Origin: a virus
Lineage: Duplodnaviria; Heunggongvirae; Uroviricota; Caudoviricetes
Strand: one strand, 5' to 3'
DNA: 21,526 bases
Virus record (IMG/VR): IMGVR_UViG_2778261179_000011
Shown here: one piece after another, positions 1 to 8,086 of the stretch
How the letters are laid out: each line of letters opens with the position of its first letter
Position numbering within the stretch: position 1 is the stretch's first letter
The notes under the pieces: model-generated
What the model saw: the letters and a program-made list of their open reading frames with translations, nothing else
Told to the model about the DNA's origin: nothing
The model's database searches: none
Made by a program: the position numbers and the translations under genes

Positions 1-142
1 TGACAAAGTCATCGGGCATTATCTGAACATAAAACACTATCAATAAGTTGGAGTCATTACCAAACAAAAGAACGAGTTAAAAGTTGAAATTACTGGAGAT
101 AAGAAACATCCTAGTCTAGGGGATAAAATCCGCGCTGCGGCG

Positions 143-457
143 TTGCATCTCGAAATCCCCACACTGATTGAAGACAATATATGTCCTCAATTCTGGGCTA
201 TCAAGAACGATGGGCAATGGTCTGACATCCCAGAAGCTATAGCCAAATATCGTAACGACTTAGTGCACCCCAAAGCGAGGATAAAATCACAGAACCAACA
301 CGCGCTTACTATTGAGATGTGGCGATTATCTGTTTGGTATCTGGAGCTCTTTATGTTGCGCTTGATTGGATATCAGGATGTCTATTCAAACAGGCTAACG
401 GCTAAATGGCTTGGTGAGGTCGAGCATGTCCCATGGGCCGGTAGCAAATCATCCTAG
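143..457 (+). CDS. Hypothetical protein, 104 aa; doubtful gene or 5'-degraded remnant
   Basis: ORF begins with TTG and has no convincing Shine-Dalgarno sequence. The same frame is open upstream to a stop at 44-46 with no ATG/GTG/TTG. No recognisable motif. Confidence 0.25.
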   Translation: MHLEIPTLIEDNICPQFWAIKNDGQWSDIPEAIAKYRNDLVHPKARIKSQNQHALTIEMWRLSVWYLELFMLRLIGYQDVYSNRLTAKWLGEVEHVPWAGSKSS

Positions 458-490
458 CAACTAATTTGCATTCTATTGCTATCGCAAGGG

Positions 491-513
491 AATTTAGCTA
501 GTTTAGCTAAATT
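491..513. promoter_or_regulatory. Perfect 10-bp inverted repeat (AATTTAGCTA-gtt-TAGCTAAATT), candidate operator
   Basis: Read directly from sequence. Lies 30 bp upstream of the ATG at 543 and overlaps an AT-rich -10-like TATAAA at 513-518. Confidence 0.35.
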
Positions 514-542
514 ATAAAAACGAGCCGTAAGCGAACATTCAG

Positions 543-782
543 ATGAACGAGCAAGAAATTTACGCACAAATCAAAAAAGCTCTGCAAGAGGCACCTCGCA
601 ATCAATACACCGCTGAGCTGCATCTGCAAATGATCAAATATGCTGATGAGCTAAAGAACATCACAGCCAAAGAGTTTTGTGAAGGGGTGGGCCTGCGGAG
701 CAGCTTTGGCACCGAATTTAGCAAAATGCGCAATCTGACTCAGCGCTTGAAAGCTGCCGGGCTCGATACAGCCAAGCTATAA
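543..782 (+). CDS. Small hypothetical protein, 79 aa; possible regulator
   Basis: ATG start, preceded by the inverted repeat at 491-513 and followed 52 bp later by hsdM. No family recognised from sequence. Confidence 0.4.
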   Translation: MNEQEIYAQIKKALQEAPRNQYTAELHLQMIKYADELKNITAKEFCEGVGLRSSFGTEFSKMRNLTQRLKAAGLDTAKL

Positions 783-834
783 CGACTCAAATTTAATCGT
801 GCCGGGCCAATGCTCGGTAATGTAAGGAACAACC

Positions 835-3255
835 ATGGCCATTAAGAAAACCGAACTTTACTCCTCCCTTTGGGCCAGCTGCGATGAGCTGCGTGGCGGT
901 ATGGATGCCAGCCAGTACAAAGACTATGTGCTGACCATGCTGTTTATGAAGTATGTCTCCGATAAGTACAAAGGCGACCCTTACGGCATGATTGTGGTGC
1001 CGCCAGGTGCCAGCTTTGACGATATGGTTGCCTTGAAAGGCGACAAAGAAATCGGCGATAAAATCAATAAAATCATCAGCGCGCTGGCCGAAGAAAACGA
1101 CCTCAAAGGTGTCATCGACGTTGCCGACTTTAACGATGAAGACAAGCTCGGCAAAGGCAAAGAGATGATCGACCGTCTGTCTAAGCTGATCGGTATCTTT
1201 GAAGGGCTAGACCTATCTGCCAACCGCGCCGATGGCGATGACCTACTGGGTGATGCTTACGAATACCTAATGCGCCACTTTGCTACTGAATCGGGTAAAT
1301 CTAAAGGGCAGTTTTATACCCCAGCCGAAGTCTCGCGGATTATGGCGAAAATCATTGGTATTAATGCGCAAACACCACAAGACGCTACGGTCTACGACCC
1401 CACCTGTGGCTCTGGCTCGCTATTGTTAAAAGCCAGTGATGAAGCGCCGCGCGGCTTGTCGATTTTTGGCCAAGAAATGGATAACGCCACCAGTGCCTTG
1501 GCGCGTATGAACATGATCCTGCACAACAACGCCACCGCCAAAATCTGGAAAGGCAACACCATTGCTGACCCGCAATGGAAAGAGGCAAACGGCCAACTTA
1601 AGACTTTTGATTTCGCCGTGGCCAACCCGCCGTTTTCCAACAAAAACTGGACCAGCGGCATTAACCCGAACGACGACGAATTTGGCCGTTTCAGTTGGGG
1701 CATTCCACCCGAGAAAAACGGCGACTACACCTTTTTACTGCACATCATTAAAAGCCTAAAAAGCACCGGTAAAGGCGCGGTCATTCTGCCTCACGGCGTT
1801 TTGTTCCGTGGCAACGCCGAAGCGCGCATTCGTGAAAACCTGATTAAACAAGGCTACATCAAAGGCATTATCGGTTTGCCGGCCAACCTGTTTTATGGCA
1901 CCGGCATTCCTGCCTGTATTATCGTGATTGATAAAGAGCACGCGAACGCTCGCAGCGGCATCTTTATGGTCGATGCCAGCAAAGGCTTTGCCAAAGACGG
2001 CAATAAAAACCGCCTGCGCAGCCAAGATATTCATAAAATCGTTGATGTCTTTACCAAGCAGCTAGAACTGCCGCGCTACTCGCGTATGGTGCCACTCAGT
2101 GAAATCGCCGGTAACGACTACAACCTCAATATTCCGCGTTATATCGACTCCAGCGAACCGGAAGACCTGCACGATTTAAGCGCCCATCTGCAAGGCGGCA
2201 TTCCAAACCGCGATATTGATGCTTTAGAGCGTTACTGGCAGGTGTTCCCGAGTATTCGCGCCTCCTTGTTTGAGCCTGCCCGTGAAGGTTACAGCAAAGC
2301 CTTGGTCAAAGCCTCCGAGGTGAAAAGCACCATCCTGAACCATGACGAGTTCAAAACCTTCGCCGCACAAAGCTTAATACCCTTTACAGAATGGGCGCAG
2401 CGTTCAAACCTCCACGCCATAGCGCAAGATGAACCGCCAAAACAGATTATTCATCGTATCAGCGAAGACCTGTTACAAAGCTATGCGCAAACGCCACTGC
2501 TGAGTAAATACGATATTTACCAGATCCTGATGGATTACTGGGCGGAGTCAATGCAAGACGATGTGTACGTGCTAGTGCAAGACGGCTGGCCAGCAGGCAA
2601 AGTGCTGCGTGAGTTAGTCGTCAAAAAAGGCGAAAAACTGAAAGAATCGCCCGATTTAGTGATTGGCAAAGCCAAATACAAAGCCGAACTCATTCCTCCG
2701 GCGTTGATCGTCGCGCGCTTTTTTGCCGCCGAACAAGTCAAAGTCGATACGCTGCAATCGCTATTGGATAGCGCCAGCCAAGAGCTTGAAACCTACCTTG
2801 AAGAAAACTCGGGTGAAGACGGTTTACTAAACGATGCGCTGAACGACAAAGACAAAGTCACCAAAGCCACAGTCACGGCACGTTTAAAACTCGCCACCGA
2901 CTCAGATGAAAAAGCCGCGCTAAAACAAGCCAAAAAGCTGTTTGATGCTGAGGGTGATGCCAAAAAAGCCCTAAAAGACGCGCAAGACGCGCTCGATTTA
3001 GCGGTGTTTAAGCAATACCCCCAACTCAGCATCGATGAGATCAAATCCATGATTGTGGACGATAAATGGCTGGCAACACTTGAACGTAATATCGTTGCTG
3101 AAATCGAGCGCGTTACCCAGCAACTGGCCAATCGTGTCAAGGAGCTGGAAGAGCGTTATAGCGAGCCACTGCCTGCTCTTACCCAATCAGTAGAAAACTT
3201 GAGCGATAAAGTCGCAGGTCACTTAAAAGCTATGGGCTTGGAGTGGACGGTATGA
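835..3255 (+). CDS. hsdM: Type I restriction-modification system, N6-adenine DNA methyltransferase subunit HsdM (806 aa, long C-terminal extension)
   Basis: Strong RBS (AAGGAA) before the ATG. Motif I DPTCGSGSLL (about 1396-1425), catalytic motif IV NPPF (1624-1635), GQFYTPAEV motif. Extra C-terminal ~280 aa is K/E/A-rich and coiled-coil-like. Confidence 0.9.
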   Translation: MAIKKTELYSSLWASCDELRGGMDASQYKDYVLTMLFMKYVSDKYKGDPYGMIVVPPGASFDDMVALKGDKEIGDKINKIISALAEENDLKGVIDVADFNDEDKLGKGKEMIDRLSKLIGIFEGLDLSANRADGDDLLGDAYEYLMRHFATESGKSKGQFYTPAEVSRIMAKIIGINAQTPQDATVYDPTCGSGSLLLKASDEAPRGLSIFGQEMDNATSALARMNMILHNNATAKIWKGNTIADPQWKEANGQLKTFDFAVANPPFSNKNWTSGINPNDDEFGRFSWGIPPEKNGDYTFLLHIIKSLKSTGKGAVILPHGVLFRGNAEARIRENLIKQGYIKGIIGLPANLFYGTGIPACIIVIDKEHANARSGIFMVDASKGFAKDGNKNRLRSQDIHKIVDVFTKQLELPRYSRMVPLSEIAGNDYNLNIPRYIDSSEPEDLHDLSAHLQGGIPNRDIDALERYWQVFPSIRASLFEPAREGYSKALVKASEVKSTILNHDEFKTFAAQSLIPFTEWAQRSNLHAIAQDEPPKQIIHRISEDLLQSYAQTPLLSKYDIYQILMDYWAESMQDDVYVLVQDGWPAGKVLRELVVKKGEKLKESPDLVIGKAKYKAELIPPALIVARFFAAEQVKVDTLQSLLDSASQELETYLEENSGEDGLLNDALNDKDKVTKATVTARLKLATDSDEKAALKQAKKLFDAEGDAKKALKDAQDALDLAVFKQYPQLSIDEIKSMIVDDKWLATLERNIVAEIERVTQQLANRVKELEERYSEPLPALTQSVENLSDKVAGHLKAMGLEWTV

Positions 3256-4643
3256 CAAATTTTTCGGGAAAACCTCTTTCTCCAAAAACAGGGAACGCCG
3301 CTTGCGGCAGCCCGCAGGGCGGAGGCAGGGATAGCCGACGTAATGGAGTGGCGGAAGTGAGTTCGACATATCTAGCGGAAATGGCTTCGCCCACAGTTCC
3401 CGTTGGATTTAAGCCAACAGAAGTTGGGGTGATTCCTGAAAATTGGGAAGTAATTCAACTTGGTGATTGCACATCTTATGTTGGATCGGGGAAAACTAAT
3501 ACGAAATCCAGAGGTGAATACCCCCTATATGGCTCGACTGGCTTAATTGGAAGTTGCGAAAGACCTGAATACTCTGGTGAAGCGTTGCTAGTTGCGCGTG
3601 TTGGTGCAAATGCTGGAAGGTTGAATTATGTTTGTGGTGAATATGGTGTTTCGGATAACACAATATTAGTTAAAACTAAGCCAGAACATAGCATTGATTA
3701 CTTAAAATATTGGTTGATACGAAAAAATCTAAACACTCTAGTTTTTGGGTCAGGTCAGCCGCTCATAACAGGAACACAACTTAAAGAATTGGCTCTGCCT
3801 CTCCCATCGAAGACAGAACAAGCCGCCATTGCCAATGCCCTATCCGATGTCGATGCGCTGATCGGCGAGCAGGAAAAACTGATCGCCAAAAAACAGGCCA
3901 TCAAAACCGCCACCATGCAACAACTCCTCACCGGCCGCACCCGCCTGCCGCAGTTCGCCCTGCGTGAAGATGGCACGCCCAAAGGCACCAAGCCAAGTGA
4001 ATTGGGCGAAATACCTGAGGATTGGGAGGTTGTGGAGTTTGGCTGCACATTGAAGGAATTTCGAAATGGGTATGCTTTCTCGGCAAATGGATACTCCTCT
4101 ACTGGAACACCAATCATTACTATGGCTCAAATTGGACTTTCAGGCTCATTTCAGTTTGATATCTCCAAGGTGAATAAATGGGATTCGGAACAACAGGATT
4201 CGCTTAAGGAGTTTTGGGTTCGAGACGGTGATCTCCTAATAGCGATGACTGATGTGACTCCAGATAAAAATCTTATCGGTCAAATGACAATCGCTAAGTT
4301 AGGTGGTATAGCACTTCTAAACCAACGCGTTGGCTTGCTTCGGCTTAAAAATGAAATTGCTTATACGGGATACTTTAGTTTTCTGAGCTGTTTGCCTGTT
4401 TGGAAAACATATTGTAAGGGTGTTGCTTCGTTAGGGGTGCAGGCAAATATCGGTACGTCAGATATCAGAAAAGCAAAGGTGCCGCTCCCATCCATAAAAG
4501 AACAAACCGCCATTGCCTCTATCCTCTCCAATATGGACGCAGAGATTCAGGCGCTGGAACAACGCCTTGGCAAAACCCGCCAAATCAAACAAGGCATGAT
4601 GCAAGAACTGCTCACGGGTAAAACACGGCTGCCAATCACGTAA
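3252..4643 (+). CDS. hsdS: Type I restriction-modification specificity subunit HsdS (two target-recognition domains)
   Basis: ATG at 3252 overlaps the hsdM stop (ATGA). Two TRD starts (VIPENWEVIQLGD; EIPEDWEVVEFG) and two conserved repeats ending LLTG(R/K)TRLP. Start is uncertain: the first ~42 codons are low-complexity and GC-rich, and ATG at 3378 (MASPTVPVGF...) is an alternative. Confidence 0.85.
   Translation: MTNFSGKPLSPKTGNAACGSPQGGGRDSRRNGVAEVSSTYLAEMASPTVPVGFKPTEVGVIPENWEVIQLGDCTSYVGSGKTNTKSRGEYPLYGSTGLIGSCERPEYSGEALLVARVGANAGRLNYVCGEYGVSDNTILVKTKPEHSIDYLKYWLIRKNLNTLVFGSGQPLITGTQLKELALPLPSKTEQAAIANALSDVDALIGEQEKLIAKKQAIKTATMQQLLTGRTRLPQFALREDGTPKGTKPSELGEIPEDWEVVEFGCTLKEFRNGYAFSANGYSSTGTPIITMAQIGLSGSFQFDISKVNKWDSEQQDSLKEFWVRDGDLLIAMTDVTPDKNLIGQMTIAKLGGIALLNQRVGLLRLKNEIAYTGYFSFLSCLPVWKTYCKGVASLGVQANIGTSDIRKAKVPLPSIKEQTAIASILSNMDAEIQALEQRLGKTRQIKQGMMQELLTGKTRLPIT
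3809..3950 (+). repeat. HsdS central conserved repeat (direct repeat copy 1)
   Basis: Encodes TEQAAIANALSDVDALIGEQEKLIAKKQAIKTATMQQLLTGRTRLP; clearly related at the protein and DNA level to copy 2 at about 4494-4634. Confidence 0.7.
4494..4634 (+). repeat. HsdS C-terminal conserved repeat (direct repeat copy 2)
   Basis: Encodes KEQTAIASILSNMDAEIQALEQRLGKTRQIKQGMMQELLTGKTRLP; direct repeat of the 3809-3950 segment, flanking TRD2. Confidence 0.7.
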
Positions 4644-4653
4644 GGACACGAAT

Positions 4654-6072
4654 ATGTCACCAGACACCTCCACACATAGGCTGCATGAGCAAGTTAAATC
4701 GGTTTATCAGCTCCTGAGCGAGCCACAGCTGCATATTCCTAACTACCAGCGCCCATACAAATGGACAGCAGACAACCTCCAAGCGCTACTCACCGATTTA
4801 CGCAACTACCGCGATAAATCGGCGTATCGCTTGGGTACGGTGGTGTTTCATCACAACTCAGAGCATTTGGATATTGTTGATGGCCAACAACGCACCCTAA
4901 CCTTAATGCTACTGGTTAAAGCCATTGCTGAACACATGCAGGAGCATAAAGACTTAATCCAGCGCAAAGACTTAAGCGAGCAAATAGCCGAACTGGTTAC
5001 CAATATTGATGCTTTTTTAAGCACACAACCCGACAGCCCCCACAGCGGCATCACCCATACCAACCTTTATCAAAACTACCAAGCGGCTAAGCGGGCAGTG
5101 GCACAGCCTGAGTTTGGCGAAGCAGATATTGCGTTTTTACTGCATAAATGCCAAGTCGTCACCTTTGTGTTGAATGATATTTCTGAGGCGTTTCAGTTTT
5201 TTGACTCACAAAACAGCCGTGGCCGCGACTTAAACCCGCACGACTTACTCAAGGCCTATCATTTACGCGAGTTTCCCGAGCATGAAGCGGCACTCAAAGC
5301 CGAAGCCGTTAAAGACTGGGAAAGCCAAAAAAGCCACGAACTAGCCAGGGTATTTGCCCACTACCTGTATCGCATTCGCCACTGGGTTAATAACCAGCAG
5401 GCCCACTACTTTAGCAAAGACGATATTGGGCTATTTAAGGGCGTGAATCTGTATCAGGCAGCCCATTATCCTTACACCCAAGCGCTGCGCATTCAGCACG
5501 AGCAGGTGGATAACTACAATAATCACTTTCAGCGCAAGCTAGACCAAAACACGCTGGCGTTTCCGTTTCAGCTCGATCAAATCGTAATTAATGGGCGGCG
5601 CTTTTTTGAAATGATTGCGCACTACCAAGCGCTGATTAACAGCCTAACCGGCGAGGCATTAACCAAACAGTCCAGCATTCCTTTATCAGACCGTGCACAG
5701 CAGATTCTTAACGCGCTCAATAGCTATGGGGCACGGCATCGAACGGGCGATCGTTATATCCGCATGCTGTTTGACTGTGCGCTGCTGTATTACTTCGATA
5801 AATTTGGCAAAGAGCAACTATCAGAAGCGATCGAAAAGTTTTTCATCTGGGCCTATAGCTGCCGCTTAACCAGCCACGCTGTGTATATCGAAACCATGGA
5901 TAACCACGCCCGCAACAGCAAACTGTTTAAATTAATCCAGTCCGCCATTAGCCCAAAACAAGTACTGGCGCTGCCTTTAAAAACCCTCACCCCCGCTGAT
6001 CTCAAGGCAAGTAAGATGGGCGATTTGGTTAAGCTATTCGAAGGAATGAAATACTATGTCGAATCCAAATAA
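4654..6072 (+). CDS. DUF262 (ParB/Srx-like nuclease fold) protein, 472 aa, GmrS-like; no recognisable HNH C-terminus
   Basis: RBS AAGGA 8 nt upstream. N-terminal ...IPNYQRPYKW... and DGQQR motif (4879-4893), both hallmarks of DUF262. Starts 10 bp after the hsdS stop. Confidence 0.75.
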   Translation: MSPDTSTHRLHEQVKSVYQLLSEPQLHIPNYQRPYKWTADNLQALLTDLRNYRDKSAYRLGTVVFHHNSEHLDIVDGQQRTLTLMLLVKAIAEHMQEHKDLIQRKDLSEQIAELVTNIDAFLSTQPDSPHSGITHTNLYQNYQAAKRAVAQPEFGEADIAFLLHKCQVVTFVLNDISEAFQFFDSQNSRGRDLNPHDLLKAYHLREFPEHEAALKAEAVKDWESQKSHELARVFAHYLYRIRHWVNNQQAHYFSKDDIGLFKGVNLYQAAHYPYTQALRIQHEQVDNYNNHFQRKLDQNTLAFPFQLDQIVINGRRFFEMIAHYQALINSLTGEALTKQSSIPLSDRAQQILNALNSYGARHRTGDRYIRMLFDCALLYYFDKFGKEQLSEAIEKFFIWAYSCRLTSHAVYIETMDNHARNSKLFKLIQSAISPKQVLALPLKTLTPADLKASKMGDLVKLFEGMKYYVESK

Positions 6073-8086
6073 GATAACGAGCTTTTCCATTAGGCAGCTG
6101 TTAGCAGATCACGCCTCCTATCAGATCCCTATGTATCAGCGTAACTATGCGTGGGAAAAAGGCGAAATTGATCAGCTGATTCAGGATGTTGTTGATTATC
6201 AAGTCCAAAAAAAGCCTTACTACATCGGCAGCTTAGTGGTGTATCCACGGGATAATCAGCTATTTGAAGTGATTGACGGCCAGCAACGCTTTACCACGCT
6301 CACGCTAATTGCTTTATGTTTGAAGCACTTCAGCATGTTGGCTGAAAAAGAAGGGACAACGTCTGTTAATAAAGTTGACATGAGTTGGTATCAAACGCCT
6401 AATTTATGCTTTGAAAGCCGCGCTAACTCAACCCTCACCCTTGAAAAAATAACAGCCTTTAGCGCCTCTACTGCTAAGCATTTGTCACTAGATCCAGCCG
6501 ATATTAATCAGTGCAACAGCGCTATTTTAAATGGCTTTAACTTGGTGCAGCAGGCGTTATCTGAGCTTGCTAAACAGCATGACCTACATCAGTTTTGTGA
6601 GTACTTATTTGATTGGGTAAAAATCACCCGCGTCCCCGTTCCCCACGACACTGATTTAACCCATTACTTTGAGGCGATGAATAATCGCGGGGAACAGCTA
6701 GAAAAACACGAAGTGCTAAAAGCCAGAATGCTCTCTGTGCTGCAAGATGCCAGCCACCAACACCCTGAGAATAAAAGCGCGCAGGAAGTGCTCAATAAAG
6801 TGTGGAATGCCTGCGCCAATATGGAGCGTTATGTGCAGTTTGGCTTTAACCCCATCGAGCGCCAGCAGATCTTTGGCAATGAGTGGCAAAAATTTACCGC
6901 TAACAGCTTTACTGAGCTTCATCACGCGCTAATAGCCCCTGAAAACAGAGCAGCCAACACCACAGTCGACACTCATAGTGATGAGCCAGCCGCCAAATCA
7001 CTGGCTGAAATGTTGAACACACCTTATACCGATAAACAGGCAGAAACAGATAAAAATCAACCATCGCCTGAACGCTTTAACAGCGTGATTAATTTTTCTA
7101 ACTTTTTATTGCAGGTCTTAAGGGTTTACAGCCAAAAAGACATTTCTTTGGACGATAAGCAGTTAATTGATCAGTTCGAAACGCATATTTTGCACGCAGA
7201 CGAGGCAGCAGAAAAAGTTAAAGCGTTTGTGTTTGCCTTATTAAAATCCAAATACCTATTTGATCACTACGTGATAAAACGCGATGCGACGGCTCAGGAC
7301 AAGTGGGGCATCAAGCAATTAAAACGCTATGAGCGCAATAGCCAAAGCTACGTCAATACCTTTGCCCAAAACGATCAGCCTGATACCACTCACTCGCAAT
7401 TAAATCAGCGCATTGTTTTATTACTAAGCGCCTTTCATGTCTCTACGCCCACCATGAACTACAAGCACTGGTTAACCGGCGTTTTGCATATCCTGCATCA
7501 ACTGCACGCCAAGCAACTCGATGCAGACAACTATTTAAAGGCACTCGAAAAGCTCGCCAGAAGCTTTATCTATGGGCGTTATTTGGCTAAAACAGCGGCT
7601 GATTATTACACACTGATTTTTGATAACCCGAAGGACTATCAACCCTTAGCGGACACGTGTTTTTTACGGTGTCGCTTGCGCTATGGTTCGATTAAAAACA
7701 ACTTTGTATTTAACTATTTAGATTATTTGCTGTGGTGCACCACCCAAGATAAGGACCTGGTGTATCGTGAGTTTGAATTTAGTTTTAGAAGCTCGGTCGA
7801 GCATTTCTACCCACAAGATCCCTACTCTGGCGAACCATTAGAGGATGGGCCTTTGCATAGTTTTGGTAACCTATGCCTAATTAGCCACAGCAAAAACTCT
7901 AAGCTCAGCAACTACCAACCCACGGCTAAAAAAGAGCACTTTCAAGCAGCCAGCACCCAAGGCAAAATCGACTCACTCAAGCTGTATGAAATGACTCGGG
8001 TTAAAGTATGGGATGCAGATGCTATCCACAAGCATGAAACCCAAATGCTGGGATTGTTTATTAAGGATTCTGAGGGAGAAAAATGA
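6056..8086 (+). CDS. DUF262 + DUF1524 (His-Me finger/HNH-like) protein, 676 aa; GmrSD-like putative modification-dependent (Type IV-like) restriction endonuclease
   Basis: N-terminal ...IPMYQRNYAW... with DGQQR (6275-6289). C-terminal SVEHFYPQ...GNLCLISHSKNSKLSN (about 7793-7915), typical of the DUF1524 nuclease module. Overlaps the previous gene by 17 bp and hsdR by 4 bp. Confidence 0.75.
   Translation: MSNPNKITSFSIRQLLADHASYQIPMYQRNYAWEKGEIDQLIQDVVDYQVQKKPYYIGSLVVYPRDNQLFEVIDGQQRFTTLTLIALCLKHFSMLAEKEGTTSVNKVDMSWYQTPNLCFESRANSTLTLEKITAFSASTAKHLSLDPADINQCNSAILNGFNLVQQALSELAKQHDLHQFCEYLFDWVKITRVPVPHDTDLTHYFEAMNNRGEQLEKHEVLKARMLSVLQDASHQHPENKSAQEVLNKVWNACANMERYVQFGFNPIERQQIFGNEWQKFTANSFTELHHALIAPENRAANTTVDTHSDEPAAKSLAEMLNTPYTDKQAETDKNQPSPERFNSVINFSNFLLQVLRVYSQKDISLDDKQLIDQFETHILHADEAAEKVKAFVFALLKSKYLFDHYVIKRDATAQDKWGIKQLKRYERNSQSYVNTFAQNDQPDTTHSQLNQRIVLLLSAFHVSTPTMNYKHWLTGVLHILHQLHAKQLDADNYLKALEKLARSFIYGRYLAKTAADYYTLIFDNPKDYQPLADTCFLRCRLRYGSIKNNFVFNYLDYLLWCTTQDKDLVYREFEFSFRSSVEHFYPQDPYSGEPLEDGPLHSFGNLCLISHSKNSKLSNYQPTAKKEHFQAASTQGKIDSLKLYEMTRVKVWDADAIHKHETQMLGLFIKDSEGEK

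Noticed and set aside
981-3186. Minus- and plus-strand ORFs of 62-115 aa inside hsdM (981-1223, 1385-1588, 1392-1703, 1562-1759, 1756-2034, 2535-2741, 2793-3140, 2998-3186)
   Set aside because: Embedded entirely within the strongly supported hsdM frame, with low-complexity translations (S/A/R-rich) typical of shadow ORFs and no start context.
3755-5063. Antisense ORFs inside hsdS and the first DUF262 gene (3755-4117, 3840-4130, 4458-4673, 4851-5063)
   Set aside because: Overlap well-supported coding regions on the opposite strand; no motifs or RBS.
4654-8086. Possibility that the two DUF262 ORFs are one gene split by a frameshift
   Set aside because: The second ORF has its own RBS and ATG and its own complete DUF262 N-terminus (YQR...W and DGQQR), so these are two paralogous genes rather than halves of one.
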